Shown here: positions 1 to 15,571 of the stretch, in pieces
Numbering within the stretch: the stretch's first letter is position 1
How the letters are laid out: each line of letters opens with the position of its first letter
Assembly: GCA_963842805.1 (NCBI GenBank)
Contig: CAWJIA010000012.1
Location: 284,623-348,622, forward strand
Origin: an uncultured Chloroflexia bacterium
Lineage (GTDB): Bacteria > Chloroflexota > Dehalococcoidia > GIF9 > UBA5629
Length of the DNA: 64,000 bases
Reading direction: 5' to 3'
The notes under the pieces: generated by a model
What the model saw: the letters and a program-made list of their open reading frames with translations, nothing else
The model's database searches: none
What the model was told of the DNA's origin: nothing
Made by a program: the position numbers and the translations under genes

Positions 1-162
1 TTTCCATTTTTTATATAACGCTTACGGACATCGGTCAGCCAATAATAACAAAAATAGTCGCAACTTGCCCTTACCGTATATCGGAGTAAAAAATAGAGGG
101 CGGGACTGCAGCTTGTTAAACTGGCCCCACCCCCTTCAATTCTTACCGGTAACCAACTCTAT

Positions 163-2682
163 TTAAGGATTACTGTCGCTGAGCAAATGATTACTTTCGC
201 CGGGCAATAGCTTGCTCTCACCACTCAGCAAGACAGCTTTTTCAAGCTTATGAATAACTATCTGCGAGCCGTCATAGTCCACCAGCACTTTCGATCCACT
301 CTCATATTCGCCACGCAGCACGTTCTCGGAAAGCTTGTCCTCTACTTCCTGCTGGATCACTCGGCGCAGCGGACGTGCACCGTACTCCGGATCGTATCCC
401 TTTTCGCCCAGGTAATCCCTGGCGGCTTCGGAGACCTCCAGCGTGATCTTCTTCTCTCCCATGGAGGCAACAGCCTCACGCAACATGAGATCGACGATCT
501 GGCGGATATGCTCCTTGGTGAGAGCGTGGAAGACCACAGAAGCATCGATGCGGTTCAGGAATTCAGGCCTGAATTTGTTCTTCATCTCGCGCATCACGAT
601 GTCTTTCATCTTCTCGTAGGCGCCCTGGCGGGTCTTTACCTCATCAGCGTTAACGTTGAAGCCCAGCCCTTTATTCTTCTTGATCTCATCAGCGCCCACG
701 TTGGATGTCATAACCATGATGGTATTGCGGAAGTCGACCCTGCGGCCTTTGGCATCCGTAAGGTGACCGTCATCCATGATCTGGAGCAGGATGTCGAACA
801 CGTTCTTATGCGCCTTCTCAATCTCGTCCAGGAGGATTACACTATAGGGGGTGCGCCTGACGGCTTCGGTAAGCTGGCCTCCCTCTTCATAGCCGATATA
901 TCCCGGAGGAGCTCCCACCAGCCTGGCGACGTTGTGCTGTTCCATAAACTCGGACATATCCAGCCTGACCATAGCGTCTTCGCTCTTGAACATGAACTTG
1001 GCCAGTGCTTTCACCAGTGCGGTCTTGCCCACGCCGGTCGGACCCAGGAAAATGAAGCTGCCGATGGGACGCCGGGCGTCCTTCAGGCCGGCCCTGGCGC
1101 GGCGTACGGCCCTGGCAATGGTTATGATCGCTTCATCCTGGCCCACGATATCTTCATGCAGCGCCTTCTCCATCTTGAGCAGGCGTTCTTTTTCATCCGT
1201 GGTAAGGCTGTCCTTAGGTATACCGGTCCACATGCTGACAACCTCGGCGATATCCTCTTCGGTCACCACCGGGGTTTCCTTCTTCTTAGTGTCCTGCCAT
1301 TCCTGCTCCATGCTCTTGACCTTGTTCTGGAGCTGGACTTCCCTGTCGCGAAGCTCGGCGGCCATCTCATATTGCTGTGATGCGATGGCATTATCCTTGT
1401 CACGCCGCAGATTTTCCAGTGCTTTCTGGGCCTCGGCGATGCTGATTGGGACAACCCCCTTCTTGATCCTGACGCGCGAGGACGCCTCATCCATAATATC
1501 GATGGCCTTGTCCGGCAGGAACCTGTCGGATATGTAGCGCGACGCCATGGAGGCCGCCGTCTGAAGGGCGTCATCGGTAATAATCAGCTTGTGATAGTCC
1601 TCGTAATGGTGCCTGATGCCCTTCAAGATGGCCACGGTCTGTTCCACCGTCGGTTCGGTTACCATCACGGGCTGAAAGCGCCTTTCCAGTCCGGCGTCTT
1701 TTTCAATATATTTGCGGTATTCGTCGAGGGTGGTAGCGCCGATGAACTGGATTTCACCCCTGGACAGCGAAGGCTTCAGGATGTTGGAAGCATCAACCGC
1801 GCCCTCGGCTGCGCCTGCTCCGACTATGGTATGCAGCTCATCTATAAAGACTATGCAGTTGCCTGCGCTTTTTATCTCATCGATTACCTTCTTCAGCCGC
1901 TCTTCAAATTCACCGCGGTATTTGGTGCCGGCTACCAGCGATCCTATATCCAGGGTCACCAGCCGTTTATTCCTGAGAGGCTCCGGTATATCCCCCGTCA
2001 CGATCTGCTGGGCCAGCTTGGCCACGATGGCCGATTTGCCGACACCCGGCTCGCCTATCAAGGCGGGGTTATTTTTGGTGCGCCGGCTGAGGATCTGGAT
2101 GATGCGCTCGCACTCCTTTTCCCTGCCGACGATATTATCCAGTTTGCCGTTGCGTGCCAGACCGGTCAGGTCGACACCCAGTTGATCGAGAATAGGCGTC
2201 CTGGCGCCTTCCTTGGTGACGGCCCTGGCCTGGCCGCTGCCGGTATTGAGCAGCTTGTTAACCTCAGTCATTACACGATCGAGGGTCACTCCCAGGCTCT
2301 CCAGCACACCCGCCGCCGATCCCTCACGTTCCCTTAAAAGTCCCAGAAGCAGATGCTCTGTACCTATATAGCTGTGGTTCAGACGCCTGGCTTCATCCAC
2401 TGCCAGCTCGATAACTTTCTTGGCCCTGGGCGTGAGACCCACTTCACTGGTATTCGGCCGGCCGCCGCGACCTACTATGAACTCCACCGCCGACCTGACT
2501 TTGCTCACAGCTACCCCCAGATTGGCGAGGACCTGGCTGGCGACACTGTCTTCTTCCGCGATGAGGCCGAGCAATATATGCTCGGTATCTATATAATTGT
2601 GACCGAAGTGTTGCGCCTCTTCCTGCGCACGAGTGAGCGCCCGTCGTGCACGCTCAGAAAACTTCTCAAATCTACTAGCCAT
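163..2682 (-). CDS. clpC: ATP-dependent Clp protease ATP-binding subunit ClpC (class III HSP100, two AAA+ modules, N-terminal Clp_N repeats)
   Basis: 839 aa ORF. The N-terminus carries the duplicated Clp_N repeat (EHILLGL / EHLLLGLL). Two Walker A sites are present (GEPGVGKS, GPTGVGKT), and the short middle linker fits ClpC rather than ClpB. Confidence 0.9.
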   Translation of the reverse strand: MASRFEKFSERARRALTRAQEEAQHFGHNYIDTEHILLGLIAEEDSVASQVLANLGVAVSKVRSAVEFIVGRGGRPNTSEVGLTPRAKKVIELAVDEARRLNHSYIGTEHLLLGLLREREGSAAGVLESLGVTLDRVMTEVNKLLNTGSGQARAVTKEGARTPILDQLGVDLTGLARNGKLDNIVGREKECERIIQILSRRTKNNPALIGEPGVGKSAIVAKLAQQIVTGDIPEPLRNKRLVTLDIGSLVAGTKYRGEFEERLKKVIDEIKSAGNCIVFIDELHTIVGAGAAEGAVDASNILKPSLSRGEIQFIGATTLDEYRKYIEKDAGLERRFQPVMVTEPTVEQTVAILKGIRHHYEDYHKLIITDDALQTAASMASRYISDRFLPDKAIDIMDEASSRVRIKKGVVPISIAEAQKALENLRRDKDNAIASQQYEMAAELRDREVQLQNKVKSMEQEWQDTKKKETPVVTEEDIAEVVSMWTGIPKDSLTTDEKERLLKMEKALHEDIVGQDEAIITIARAVRRARAGLKDARRPIGSFIFLGPTGVGKTALVKALAKFMFKSEDAMVRLDMSEFMEQHNVARLVGAPPGYIGYEEGGQLTEAVRRTPYSVILLDEIEKAHKNVFDILLQIMDDGHLTDAKGRRVDFRNTIMVMTSNVGADEIKKNKGLGFNVNADEVKTRQGAYEKMKDIVMREMKNKFRPEFLNRIDASVVFHALTKEHIRQIVDLMLREAVASMGEKKITLEVSEAARDYLGEKGYDPEYGARPLRRVIQQEVEDKLSENVLRGEYESGSKVLVDYDGSQIVIHKLEKAVLLSGESKLLPGESNHLLSDSNP

Positions 2683-2827
2683 AGCTACCTCGAAAAAGTG
2701 TAATCAGATTGGTCTGTCAATCCACTCTTTCATATGAATTATATGTTTAACCATACTTGAAGTCAAAGAGTGGCAGCTTCAAACAAGATCAAGGACGGGG
2801 AGATGTCAGAAAAAGGGCATAAAAAAA

Positions 2828-2950
2828 GCCTCTGGCAGTGGCATATTTTCCCAAGGAATCCCTCCCTCAGTATCGTCTGCGCTGAAGCGTTTCACTTCCG
2901 TGTTCGGGATGGGAACGGGTGGTGCCGCCTCGCTCTAACCACCAGAGGAC
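2828..2950 (-). rRNA. rrf: 5S ribosomal RNA, orphan (no 23S rRNA adjacent)
   Basis: The reverse complement reads ...CACCCGTTCCCATCCCGAACACGGAAGTGAAACGCTTCAGCGCAGACGATACTGAGGGAGGGA..., which matches the bacterial 5S consensus (CCGAACACGGAAGTTAAGC core). Terminal helix I pairs as CCUCUGG/CCAGAGG. It is not in the ORF track; the spurious ORF 2770..2964 overlaps it. Confidence 0.8.
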
Positions 2951-3028
2951 TTAATGGAATATAGTTTATAACAAGATTTACGCTCTGTCAAATAGGAAAA
3001 CAAGCTTATCTACATTCGCTTGAGTGCA

Positions 3029-4099
3029 TTACCAGAGGCTGCCCTGCGGGGTCGCACCTTTCTTATAAGCTATGCCCAGGTGCTCATAGGCAAGGCGCGT
3101 GGCCACACGTCCCCTGGGCGTCCTTTCCAGGAACCCCAGTTGCAGCAGATAGGGCTCATAGACGCCTTCGATGGTATCGGACTCTTCGCTGATGGATGCG
3201 GCTATGGTGTCCAGGCCAACCGGGCCGCCGTCGAATTTCTCAATGATCGTCTTCAGCACCTTGCGGTCGATCTCATCCAGCCCCAGCTTGTCAACTTCCA
3301 GCTTGCCCATAGCTTCGAGCGTCACCTTGCTGTCTACCACCCCGTTGGCCTTGACCTGCGCATAGTCACGGATACGTTTCAACAGTCGGTTGGCCACACG
3401 AGGCGTGCCCCTGGCACGGCAGGCGATAAGCTCGATGCTGTCCTTATCGATCTTCAATTTAAGTATCTCGGCCGAGCGTTTGATAATGGCGGCGATAGAT
3501 TCCACATCGTAAAAATCCAGCCGGTGCACGGAGCCGAACCGGTCCCTCAAGGGAGAGCTCATGGCTGCATAGCGTGTAGTAGCGCCTATCAGGGTGAAGC
3601 GGGGCAGATTTAAACGCAGGCTTCTGGCGCCGGGACCTTTGCCGAGGATGATGTCCAGAGCATAATCTTCCATGGCCGGGTAGAGTATCTCCTCTACGAT
3701 CCTGCTCAAGCGGTGGACCTCATCGATGAAAAGTACGTCGCCTTTTTGCAGGTTGGTGAGAATGGCCGCCAGGTCGCCCGGCCGCTCGATGGCAGGACCG
3801 GAGCTTACCTTGATATTCACGCCCATCTCGCCGGCAATGATGAAAGCCAGGGTCGTTTTCCCCAGGCCGGGCGGTCCGTAAAGCAGAATGTGGTCGATGG
3901 CTTCGCCGCGCTTCTGAGCAGCCTTGATGCCTATCTCAAGGTTGTCCTTGACCTTCTGCTGACCGATAAAGTCGGAGAGCCGCCTGGGCCTCAGGTTGGC
4001 ATCCAGCGAATTGTCTTCCGGGCTCAGCTTGCCTGAGACTATCCTTGATGATTCCTCTTCCTGCATTTCAGCTATATCTAAATCGGGGTTTAGTAGCAT
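3029..4099 (-). CDS. ruvB: Holliday junction branch-migration ATPase RuvB
   Basis: Walker [14 protein letters not shown], Walker [10 protein letters not shown] and the sensor region all match RuvB. Length is 356 aa. Confidence 0.9.
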   Translation of the reverse strand: MLLNPDLDIAEMQEEESSRIVSGKLSPEDNSLDANLRPRRLSDFIGQQKVKDNLEIGIKAAQKRGEAIDHILLYGPPGLGKTTLAFIIAGEMGVNIKVSSGPAIERPGDLAAILTNLQKGDVLFIDEVHRLSRIVEEILYPAMEDYALDIILGKGPGARSLRLNLPRFTLIGATTRYAAMSSPLRDRFGSVHRLDFYDVESIAAIIKRSAEILKLKIDKDSIELIACRARGTPRVANRLLKRIRDYAQVKANGVVDSKVTLEAMGKLEVDKLGLDEIDRKVLKTIIEKFDGGPVGLDTIAASISEESDTIEGVYEPYLLQLGFLERTPRGRVATRLAYEHLGIAYKKGATPQGSLW

Positions 4100-4224
4100 T
4101 ATATCACAGGGATTTTAACACAAATGAAGCAATCAGATTCCAAAATGAAGAGTCCCCGCCTAAGCGGGGACCCTATTGTTAGTGCGTTATTGTTGAAGAG
4201 AGCTACTCTTGCTCGCCGCTGGTA

Positions 4225-7200
4225 TCAGGTGACATCTTCAACGGCAACCGGGCTCTCGGAGACTTCAAGCAGGTTCTCCACCGGCTCCGAAAAGACGATG
4301 GGGCCATCATCCAGCAATAAATTGGACGGCTTGCCCAATCTCTGCGTAAGGGTACTGTTAGAAGGTATCAGCTTGCCGATAATTACGTTCTCTTTGAGAC
4401 CATGCAGCCTGTCGGTCTTGCCCCAAATGGCCGCTTCGGCCAGCACCCTGGTGGTTTCCTGGAAGGAAGCCGCCGCCAGCCAGCTATCGGTATTGAGCGA
4501 AGCGCGGGTGATACCCAGCAGCACGGGACGTGCCACCGCCTGGTCGCCTCCCTCAGCTTCCATCTTGGCATTGATATTTTCGAAGTCGAGCCTGTCGACC
4601 AGGTCGCCGATCAGCAGGTCGGTATCGCCCGAGAACTCCACCCTCACGCGGCGCAGCATCTGCCTGACGATGGTCTCAATATGTTTATCATTGATACTCA
4701 CGCCCTGCGAGCGGTATACCTTCTGTACCTCGCCGATCAGATAGTGCTGTACATCGTTGCGCCCGTTGATATGCAGGATATCCTGCGGGTCTTTTACGCC
4801 TTCAACCAGCTTGTCTCCGGCCCTTACGTAATCTCCCTGCCTGACCAGAACATGGCTGGTAACCGGCACTTCGTATTTGCGCTCGTCTTTATCTTCGTAG
4901 GTTATGATGACCTTACCTGCTTCCACCCTGGCCATACCGTCGACACGTGCGACCAGTGGATGGCTTTCTACGTCACCTTTAATAACGGCCTTGCCCGGCT
5001 GGGCAAGGACATCGCCACGCCTGACGAGTATATTATTCTCAGTGACTACTTTATATCCGGGCGGAATCTCGTGCTCTATGGGATAAGCTTCAACATGTGT
5101 GATGGTTATCTCACGGCGCTGCAAACTGCCGTCCTCGACCACTTCATTCATATTCACCGTTCCGTCGATCTCGGTCAGGACGGCCTTGCCCTTAGGCACC
5201 CTTGCTTCGAAAAGTTCTTCGACGCGGGGCAGACCCGTAGTGATATCTGCGCCCACCACACCACCGGTGTGGAATGTGCGCAATGTAAGCTGAGTACCGG
5301 GTTCACCGATGCTCTGCGCTGCTATAATACCGACGGCGGTCCCGATCTTGACCATCTCCGTCGATGAAAGGTCACGCCCGTAGCAATGCTGGCAGACACC
5401 CCGCTTGGAATTGCAGATCAGCGGCGACCTGACATTGACGGTCTTGAGCTGCGCCTGAAGGATCAGCTTAACTTTTTCCTCGTCGATCATCTCGTTGCGG
5501 GCGACGATGATTTCACCCGTCTGAGGATCCACTATATCTTTGGCTGCCAGGCGACCTTTCATACGTTCGTCAAAGGCCGGTAGCAAACCTTTTTCTTTCT
5601 CGTTCATTATGGCCGAGAATTCAAAGCCGTCACCGGAATATCCGCAATCCTCTTCCAGAATGATCAGCTCCTGGGCTACATCGATCAGGCGCCTGGTGAG
5701 GTAACCTGCATCGGATGTCCTCAAGGCTGTATCGGCCAGACCTTTGCGTGCCCCGTGGGTCGACATGAAATATTCCATGACCGAGAGGCCTTCACGGAAA
5801 CTTGCTTTGATGGGGAACGGGATGATGCGTCCCGAAGGATCAGTCATCAGGCCACGCATGCCGGCCATCTGCCTTATCTGGGAAATATTACCTTTGGCAC
5901 CCGAAAAAGCCATCATGTAAACGCCGCCGTACCTATCCAGCGATCTCTTTATCTCGTTTTCAATGTCGTTGGTCGCCTTAGTCCATACATCTATGGCCTG
6001 CGTTTCGTACTCTTCATCAGTGATCAGGCCCCTGTTGAACTGGTTTTGTAATATGGCGATATCCTCGTCACCCTTAGCAATGATCTTGGGCTTGGTCTTG
6101 GGCACTTCGATATCCCTGGCCGAGATGGTGGTGCCCGATTTGGTAGTATATTCGAAGCCGACGCGTTTTAGCTCGTCGAGCATGGTTACGGTCTTTTCGC
6201 GGCCGCACCAGCGGAAGCATTCGGATACCAGCCTGCGCAGGTCGCCCTTGCTGGTGGCGAAGTTGCAGAATCCATTATAAGGCTCGTGCTGGCGTAAATC
6301 GCAGGGTACAATCCTGTTGAAAATTATGCGGCCGACACTGGTCTTTATGATCCGGCTCTCCGGACCAGCCATGCGTAATTCCTCTTCCTGTTCGACGGTT
6401 TCCATGGTTTCCGCCGTTTCCGGGGTTGCTGGAATTTCGGCAGTTTCCGCGGCTTCGCTAACTTCTTCCATAACGGGCTGCTCTTCTTTTACCTCAGTAC
6501 CCTTGATGCGAACCATGATCTCTTCATGCAATGCAGGGTATGTGCTCTCGCCGGTGATATTAAACATTTCATAGGCAAGGATAGCTTCGGAGGGACTTCC
6601 AAACATCTTGGGTGCCCCGTCTGTAGCGGGCTTCATGTTGGTCAGGTAATAACAGCCCAGCACCATATCCAGGGTGGGAGTCATGACCGGCTCGCCGGAG
6701 CTCGGCAGCAGCATATTGTGCACGCTGAGCATCTGCTCACGCGCTTCACGTACAGCCGATCGGGAAAGCGGGACATGGACGGCCATCTGGTCACCGTCGA
6801 AGTCGGCATTGAACGCCGAGCAGACCAGCGGGTGAAGTTGTATGGCGCTACCCTCGATAAGTATCGGCTCAAAGGCCTGGATACTGAGCCTGTGAAGCGT
6901 TGGGGCGCGGTTCAGCATCACGGGGCGCTCCTTGATCACTTCAGCCAGTATATCCCACACCTCCAACCTGGCACGCTCGACCTGCCTGCGGGCGCTCTTT
7001 ATATTGTGCGCAAAGCCTTGCTCTATCAATCTACGCATTACGAAGGGCTTGAACAGCTCAAGCGCCATATGCTTGGGCAAACCGCACTGATGCAGCTTTA
7101 ATTCCGGCCCGACTACGATAACGGAACGTCCGCTATAGTCAACACGCTTACCCAGCAGGTTCTGACGGAAGCGGCCCTGCTTACCACGCAGCATATCCGA

Positions 7201-8337
7201 CAGCGATTTAAGCTTGTGAGTGCTAGCGGCGCTGGGCAGCCTGCCCCTCCTGCCGTTATCTATCAGGGCATCAACAGCTTCCTGGAGCATCCTTTTCTCA
7301 TTGCGAACAATAATCTCGGGCGCCCCCAGTTCCATCAATTTCTTCAGGCGGTTGTTGCGATTGATGACCCTGCGGTAAAGATCGTTAAGGTCGCTGGTGG
7401 CAAACCTTCCACCATCAAGCTGAACGATGGGGCGCAGCTCGGGCGGCAAGACCGGCAGAACTGTGAACACCATCCACTCCGGCTTATTGCCGCTGCGCCA
7501 GAACGCTTCTACGATCCGCAGCCGTTTGCTTAATTTCTTATGTTTCTGGCCTTCGCTGGACCTGATATCCTTTACCAGCTTCTGCCTTAATTCTTCCAGG
7601 TTCATGGACTTAAGGATATTCAATACAGCTTCCGCACCCATACCCACCTCAAAAGCATCGCCGTATTTTTCCTTATAATGCTGATACTCGCTCTCACTCA
7701 GGACTTGCAGCGGCAGCTTAGCGATTTCGGAGAGGTCGACTTTGTTATCGCTGTCAAGATCAGCCAGTTTCTCTTCCAAATCATGCTTTTTGTCGGCGTT
7801 TTTCTCTAAATCGGCTTTGCCGCTGGGGGCATCGGTCTCGACCTCGCCCAGCGCCTTCAAAAGCTCCTGTTTTTTGTTGGTCTGGTACTCCTCCAGCCTC
7901 TGCTTGCAGGCTTCGGCATTGACGGAGACTATCACGTACTGTGCAAAATAAAGCACACGTTCCAGGTTGCGCGGGGAAATATCCAGCAATAGAGCCAGCC
8001 TGCTCGGAACACCCTTGGCAAACCATATATGCGCTACCGGTGCCGCCAGAGTAATGTGCCCCATGCGTTCACGGCGGACCTTGGAATGTTCCACCGTAAC
8101 GCCGCATCTTTCGCAGGTCACGCCACGATAGCGGATCTTCTTGTACTTGCCGCAATAACACTCATAGTTTTTAACCGGACCAAATATTCTTTCGCAGAAC
8201 AGTCCGTCTTTCTCCGGCTTAAGGGTCCTGTAGTTTATGGTCTCAGGCTCGGTTACTTCACCGTAAGACCATTCTTCAATCTGTGTGGGCGATGCAAGGG
8301 ATATGCGGATTGCATTAAAATCGTTTATTTCAAACAC
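4225..8337 (-). CDS. rpoC: DNA-directed RNA polymerase subunit beta'
   Basis: 1370 aa. The N-terminal zinc-binding Cys cluster is present, as is the NADFDGD catalytic motif (seen as [15 protein letters not shown]). It lies immediately downstream of rpoB. Confidence 0.95.
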   Translation of the reverse strand: MFEINDFNAIRISLASPTQIEEWSYGEVTEPETINYRTLKPEKDGLFCERIFGPVKNYECYCGKYKKIRYRGVTCERCGVTVEHSKVRRERMGHITLAAPVAHIWFAKGVPSRLALLLDISPRNLERVLYFAQYVIVSVNAEACKQRLEEYQTNKKQELLKALGEVETDAPSGKADLEKNADKKHDLEEKLADLDSDNKVDLSEIAKLPLQVLSESEYQHYKEKYGDAFEVGMGAEAVLNILKSMNLEELRQKLVKDIRSSEGQKHKKLSKRLRIVEAFWRSGNKPEWMVFTVLPVLPPELRPIVQLDGGRFATSDLNDLYRRVINRNNRLKKLMELGAPEIIVRNEKRMLQEAVDALIDNGRRGRLPSAASTHKLKSLSDMLRGKQGRFRQNLLGKRVDYSGRSVIVVGPELKLHQCGLPKHMALELFKPFVMRRLIEQGFAHNIKSARRQVERARLEVWDILAEVIKERPVMLNRAPTLHRLSIQAFEPILIEGSAIQLHPLVCSAFNADFDGDQMAVHVPLSRSAVREAREQMLSVHNMLLPSSGEPVMTPTLDMVLGCYYLTNMKPATDGAPKMFGSPSEAILAYEMFNITGESTYPALHEEIMVRIKGTEVKEEQPVMEEVSEAAETAEIPATPETAETMETVEQEEELRMAGPESRIIKTSVGRIIFNRIVPCDLRQHEPYNGFCNFATSKGDLRRLVSECFRWCGREKTVTMLDELKRVGFEYTTKSGTTISARDIEVPKTKPKIIAKGDEDIAILQNQFNRGLITDEEYETQAIDVWTKATNDIENEIKRSLDRYGGVYMMAFSGAKGNISQIRQMAGMRGLMTDPSGRIIPFPIKASFREGLSVMEYFMSTHGARKGLADTALRTSDAGYLTRRLIDVAQELIILEEDCGYSGDGFEFSAIMNEKEKGLLPAFDERMKGRLAAKDIVDPQTGEIIVARNEMIDEEKVKLILQAQLKTVNVRSPLICNSKRGVCQHCYGRDLSSTEMVKIGTAVGIIAAQSIGEPGTQLTLRTFHTGGVVGADITTGLPRVEELFEARVPKGKAVLTEIDGTVNMNEVVEDGSLQRREITITHVEAYPIEHEIPPGYKVVTENNILVRRGDVLAQPGKAVIKGDVESHPLVARVDGMARVEAGKVIITYEDKDERKYEVPVTSHVLVRQGDYVRAGDKLVEGVKDPQDILHINGRNDVQHYLIGEVQKVYRSQGVSINDKHIETIVRQMLRRVRVEFSGDTDLLIGDLVDRLDFENINAKMEAEGGDQAVARPVLLGITRASLNTDSWLAAASFQETTRVLAEAAIWGKTDRLHGLKENVIIGKLIPSNSTLTQRLGKPSNLLLDDGPIVFSEPVENLLEVSESPVAVEDVT

Positions 8338-8346
8338 TTTTTACCC

Positions 8347-12069
<3,723 letters not shown>

Positions 12070-12369
12070 ATCTTCTCCTGTCGTGCAAATTCCCGATCGG
12101 TTGCGAACTGATTGCCAAATTAATTAACAATTGAAACGCGTGGATTTTTTATGCGGGAACTAATATTACTGTCAATAGGTTGGAATGGCATGATCGCAAA
12201 TTTTTAGTATATCAATAATTCTCTTTTTTGTCAAATGAAGAATCATTACTATTTAATACATTCGATTGGATTGGATTTTATCGGGGCAGACCGGTTTAAT
12301 ATGACAGCCACAGTATCCTATGTTGTATAATACCGTCAGCATATATATAAATGATAGCAGAATAATCAT

Positions 12370-13698
12370 ATGACAGTAAATAGGCTTGAACTATTTCCAC
12401 TGACGGTTCAGATAGGCAAGAAGAGTGATCATCTAACGATAGGCGGCTGCGACTGCACGGACCTGCTGAAAAAATACGGCTCGCCCCTTTACGTCTTCGA
12501 TGAGGCTACGATAAGAAGTATCTGCAGGGAATTTGTGGGTGAGTTCGGCTCACGCCACAAGAATTGCGTGGTAGCCTACGCGTCGAAAGCTTTTACCAGC
12601 AGGCCGCTGGCTAAAATATTAAAAGAAGAGGGATTGGGCATGGACACGGTATCCGGCGGAGAGATAAGCGTGGCCCAATCAGTTGATTTTCCGGCCGATA
12701 AGGTGTTTTTTCACGGCAATAATAAGAGCGAAAGCGAGCTCAAAATGGCCCTGGACTGGGGCTTAGGCCGCATCGTAGTAGACAATTTTTACGAGCTCGA
12801 GCTGCTTAACCGGCTGGCCATGGATAAATATGTAAGGGCGAACATTTTACTGCGGCTGAATCCCAGCGTGGACCCGCATACGCACCGTCATACGACTACA
12901 GGCATACTGGACAGTAAATTCGGCTTCCCCATCGGTACCGGCCAGGCCGAGGCAGCGGTCAAGTCTGCCATGTCCATGAAAAATATCTCGTTGAAGGGTC
13001 TGCACTTCCATCTGGGTTCCCCCATTGACGATACCGACCCTTACAGGCAGGGGATAGAAATTTTGCTCAAGTTCGCCGCTGAAATGAAATCACGCTATTC
13101 ATTTATTATGCATGACTTCAGCCCGGGCGGCGGGTTCGCTGTCAAGTACACTTGTGCATCTGAGATCCCACCGATCTCCACCTATGCCGAAACCATCACA
13201 GGACAACTGGATTTATGGACTTCTCGGCTGGGGCTGGCCAGGCCCAGGCTGATCATCGAACCGGGACGCAGCATCATAGCCAGAGCCGGGGTAGCCCTAT
13301 ATACGGTGGGCTCAATCAAGGAAATACCCAAAGTGCGGACCTATGTCTGCGTTGACGGGGGCATGGGGGATAATATCAGGCCGGCTTTATACGAGTCTAA
13401 ATATGAGGCTGTCCTAGCTAATAAGGTCACAGCTCGCCTGTCTAATAAAGTTACGATTGCCGGCAGGTATTGCGAATCAGGAGACCTGTTGATAAAAGAT
13501 ATAGATATGCCACAAACAGCTTCCGGCGATATAATAGCCATCCCTGTATGCGGCGCATACTGCATCCCTATGTCAAGCAACTACAATATGGTCCCGCACC
13601 CTGCTATCGCCATGCTCAAAGATGGAAAAGCCAGGATCATACGCAAAAGGCAGAAGTATGCGGACCTTATGAAATACGACGTCATGAGTAAAGCATAA
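12370..13698 (+). CDS. lysA: Diaminopimelate decarboxylase (PLP-dependent, Orn/DAP/Arg decarboxylase family 2)
   Basis: 442 aa. It has the fold-type III PLP enzyme layout: an N-terminal TIM-barrel region with conserved K (YASKAF) and a C-terminal beta domain (CESGD, EPGRSI motifs). Confidence 0.85.
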   Translation: MTVNRLELFPLTVQIGKKSDHLTIGGCDCTDLLKKYGSPLYVFDEATIRSICREFVGEFGSRHKNCVVAYASKAFTSRPLAKILKEEGLGMDTVSGGEISVAQSVDFPADKVFFHGNNKSESELKMALDWGLGRIVVDNFYELELLNRLAMDKYVRANILLRLNPSVDPHTHRHTTTGILDSKFGFPIGTGQAEAAVKSAMSMKNISLKGLHFHLGSPIDDTDPYRQGIEILLKFAAEMKSRYSFIMHDFSPGGGFAVKYTCASEIPPISTYAETITGQLDLWTSRLGLARPRLIIEPGRSIIARAGVALYTVGSIKEIPKVRTYVCVDGGMGDNIRPALYESKYEAVLANKVTARLSNKVTIAGRYCESGDLLIKDIDMPQTASGDIIAIPVCGAYCIPMSSNYNMVPHPAIAMLKDGKARIIRKRQKYADLMKYDVMSKA

Positions 13699-14736
13699 AT
13701 GTGGCAAACCGCCGGCCAGGACCTGATTATTAAAATAATCAGGGATTCCATCAAGCTCCGCTCACTGGCACACGCTTATCTCTTTGTCGGCCCGGCTCAC
13801 GTGGGCAAGATGACCTTGGCTCTCGACCTAGCCAGGGCCTTGAATTGCCATAGCGGCATACCCCCCTGCAGCTCTTGCCACACCTGCCAGCGCATCGGGG
13901 AGGGTAAATATCCCGACGTAATCGTTATCGATAAAAATGTCGGCCGCGAACCGAAGGACCGTAAAAAGGCCACTGAAATCAGCATAGATACCATCAGGGA
14001 AATGATGCAGCGCGGCTCCAATTTGCCTCCTTATGAAGGTAAATACAAAGTATTCATCATAGAAGATGCCGACTTAATGTCGGAAGAAGCCGCCAACTGC
14101 CTGCTTAAAACACTGGAGGAGCCACCCCACTATATACTGATTATCCTGCTTACAACCGAAGAGCATAAGCTGCTGCCAACCGTGCTATCAAGGTGTCAGA
14201 GGTTCGAACTTAAACCCGTATCCATACCGGAAATAGAGGAAAGGCTATCTAGCAGGGAAGGTATCCCTGCAGAAAAGATAAAGCTGCTGGCCAAGCTTTC
14301 CGGGGGTTGTTTGGGCTGGGCTTTGAACGCCCTGGACGATGACGGATATCTTATGAACCGCAAAGACAGGTTATCTGAATTCATTTCACTTATAGGACAG
14401 AACTGGGGCGAGAGACTATCATACGTGCAGCAGTTGCCTTCCGATAGGAATAGTGCCGAAGAAATTCTGAAGCTGTGGATATTATGGTGTCGCGATGTTC
14501 TGCTGATAAAATATAATTGTGATGGAGCGGTCGTTAATATAGACTGTGTAGAGGACCTTAAAGCCTGGGCCAATATGTTGACCGTTCCTGAAATAAAGGA
14601 ATTTATCGATTGTTTGAACATGTCCACTATCAATCTAAATCGCAATATGAACCTGCACCTGTTATTTGAAGTAATCATGCTCGACATGCCGAGAAAGGAG
14701 AAGCGGGGCGAATACGCAATCAATTCCTCCCGCTAA
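13699..14736 (+). CDS. holB: DNA polymerase III delta-prime subunit (clamp-loader AAA+ subunit)
   Basis: Walker A-like LFVGPAHVGKMTLA, a Cys4 zinc module (CHSGIPPCSSCHTCQRI) and an SRC motif are all present. Its start codon abuts the lysA stop. Confidence 0.8.
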   Translation: MWQTAGQDLIIKIIRDSIKLRSLAHAYLFVGPAHVGKMTLALDLARALNCHSGIPPCSSCHTCQRIGEGKYPDVIVIDKNVGREPKDRKKATEISIDTIREMMQRGSNLPPYEGKYKVFIIEDADLMSEEAANCLLKTLEEPPHYILIILLTTEEHKLLPTVLSRCQRFELKPVSIPEIEERLSSREGIPAEKIKLLAKLSGGCLGWALNALDDDGYLMNRKDRLSEFISLIGQNWGERLSYVQQLPSDRNSAEEILKLWILWCRDVLLIKYNCDGAVVNIDCVEDLKAWANMLTVPEIKEFIDCLNMSTINLNRNMNLHLLFEVIMLDMPRKEKRGEYAINSSR

Positions 14737-14744
14737 GATAAATA

Positions 14745-15557
14745 ATGTCAGTTATAGTTGGAGTACGCTTCACCCAAGCGGGGAAGATATACCATTTCGA
14801 TACGGCCGGCCTGAGTCTCAATCTGAATGAGATGGTAGTTGTCGAAACCAATCGCGGCCAGGAGTTGGGAAAGGTAGTAGTAGCCGCCAAAGAGGTGACA
14901 CTTGAGGAAAACGCCGAGCCGTACAAGCCTATAATCCGCATGGCCACACCGGAAGATATCTCACAGGCGGAACACCAGCGAGGGCGGGCCAAAAAAGCGC
15001 TGTCTAAAAGCAAGGAGCTGATAGAAAGCCTAAATCTACCGATGAAGGCCATCTACGCCCAATACAATCTGGACGGCGGCCATCTCATTGTATTTTTCTA
15101 TTCCGAGAAAAGGGTGGATTTCCGCGAACTGGTGCGCAAGCTGAGCCACGAGCTGAGGACACACGTAGAGCTCAGACAGGTCGGTGCAAGAGATGAGGCC
15201 AAGCTGATCGGCGGGGTGGGCAAGTGCGGATGCCAGCTATGCTGCGTGTCATTCTTGAACGAATTTGTGCCGGTTTCTATCAAGATGGCAAAGGAACAGG
15301 ATATTGCCCTCAACCCCATGAAGACGTCCGGCCTGTGCGGCCGCCTGCTTTGCTGTCTGGGCTATGAATACGATCAATACCGCGATATGAAATGTAAATT
15401 GCCCGACATCGGCCAGGAAATTCAGACTAAGATGGGAAGGGCCAAGATAGTCGGAAGAAACGTAATTAAGGCAACTTTTATGGCCGAACTTGAAACCGGC
15501 GTAACGATTGAAGTCCCTATCAATGAAGCAGTCTTGATAAACCCTTCACGGACTTAA
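14745..15557 (+). CDS. PSP1 C-terminal domain protein (RicT/YaaT-like)
   Basis: 270 aa with a Cys cluster (CGCQLCC...CGRLLCC). It follows holB, as yaaT does in Bacillus. Confidence 0.65.
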   Translation: MSVIVGVRFTQAGKIYHFDTAGLSLNLNEMVVVETNRGQELGKVVVAAKEVTLEENAEPYKPIIRMATPEDISQAEHQRGRAKKALSKSKELIESLNLPMKAIYAQYNLDGGHLIVFFYSEKRVDFRELVRKLSHELRTHVELRQVGARDEAKLIGGVGKCGCQLCCVSFLNEFVPVSIKMAKEQDIALNPMKTSGLCGRLLCCLGYEYDQYRDMKCKLPDIGQEIQTKMGRAKIVGRNVIKATFMAELETGVTIEVPINEAVLINPSRT

Positions 15558-15571
15558 GAGTCTGCTTCAGC

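Noticed and set aside
250-1380. 376-aa ORF antisense to clpC
   Set aside because: It is embedded antisense within a highly conserved ClpC coding region. This is typical GC-rich shadow ORF behaviour, and it has no recognisable motifs.
2770-2964. 64-aa ORF on plus strand
   Set aside because: It lies entirely over the minus-strand 5S rRNA gene and has no RBS. It is an artefact of the structured RNA sequence.
12070-12369. 300-bp AT-rich gap between rpoB and lysA examined for tRNA/sRNA
   Set aside because: No cloverleaf-compatible sequence, and no GTTCGA T-loop or CCA end. This is most simply a divergent promoter region.
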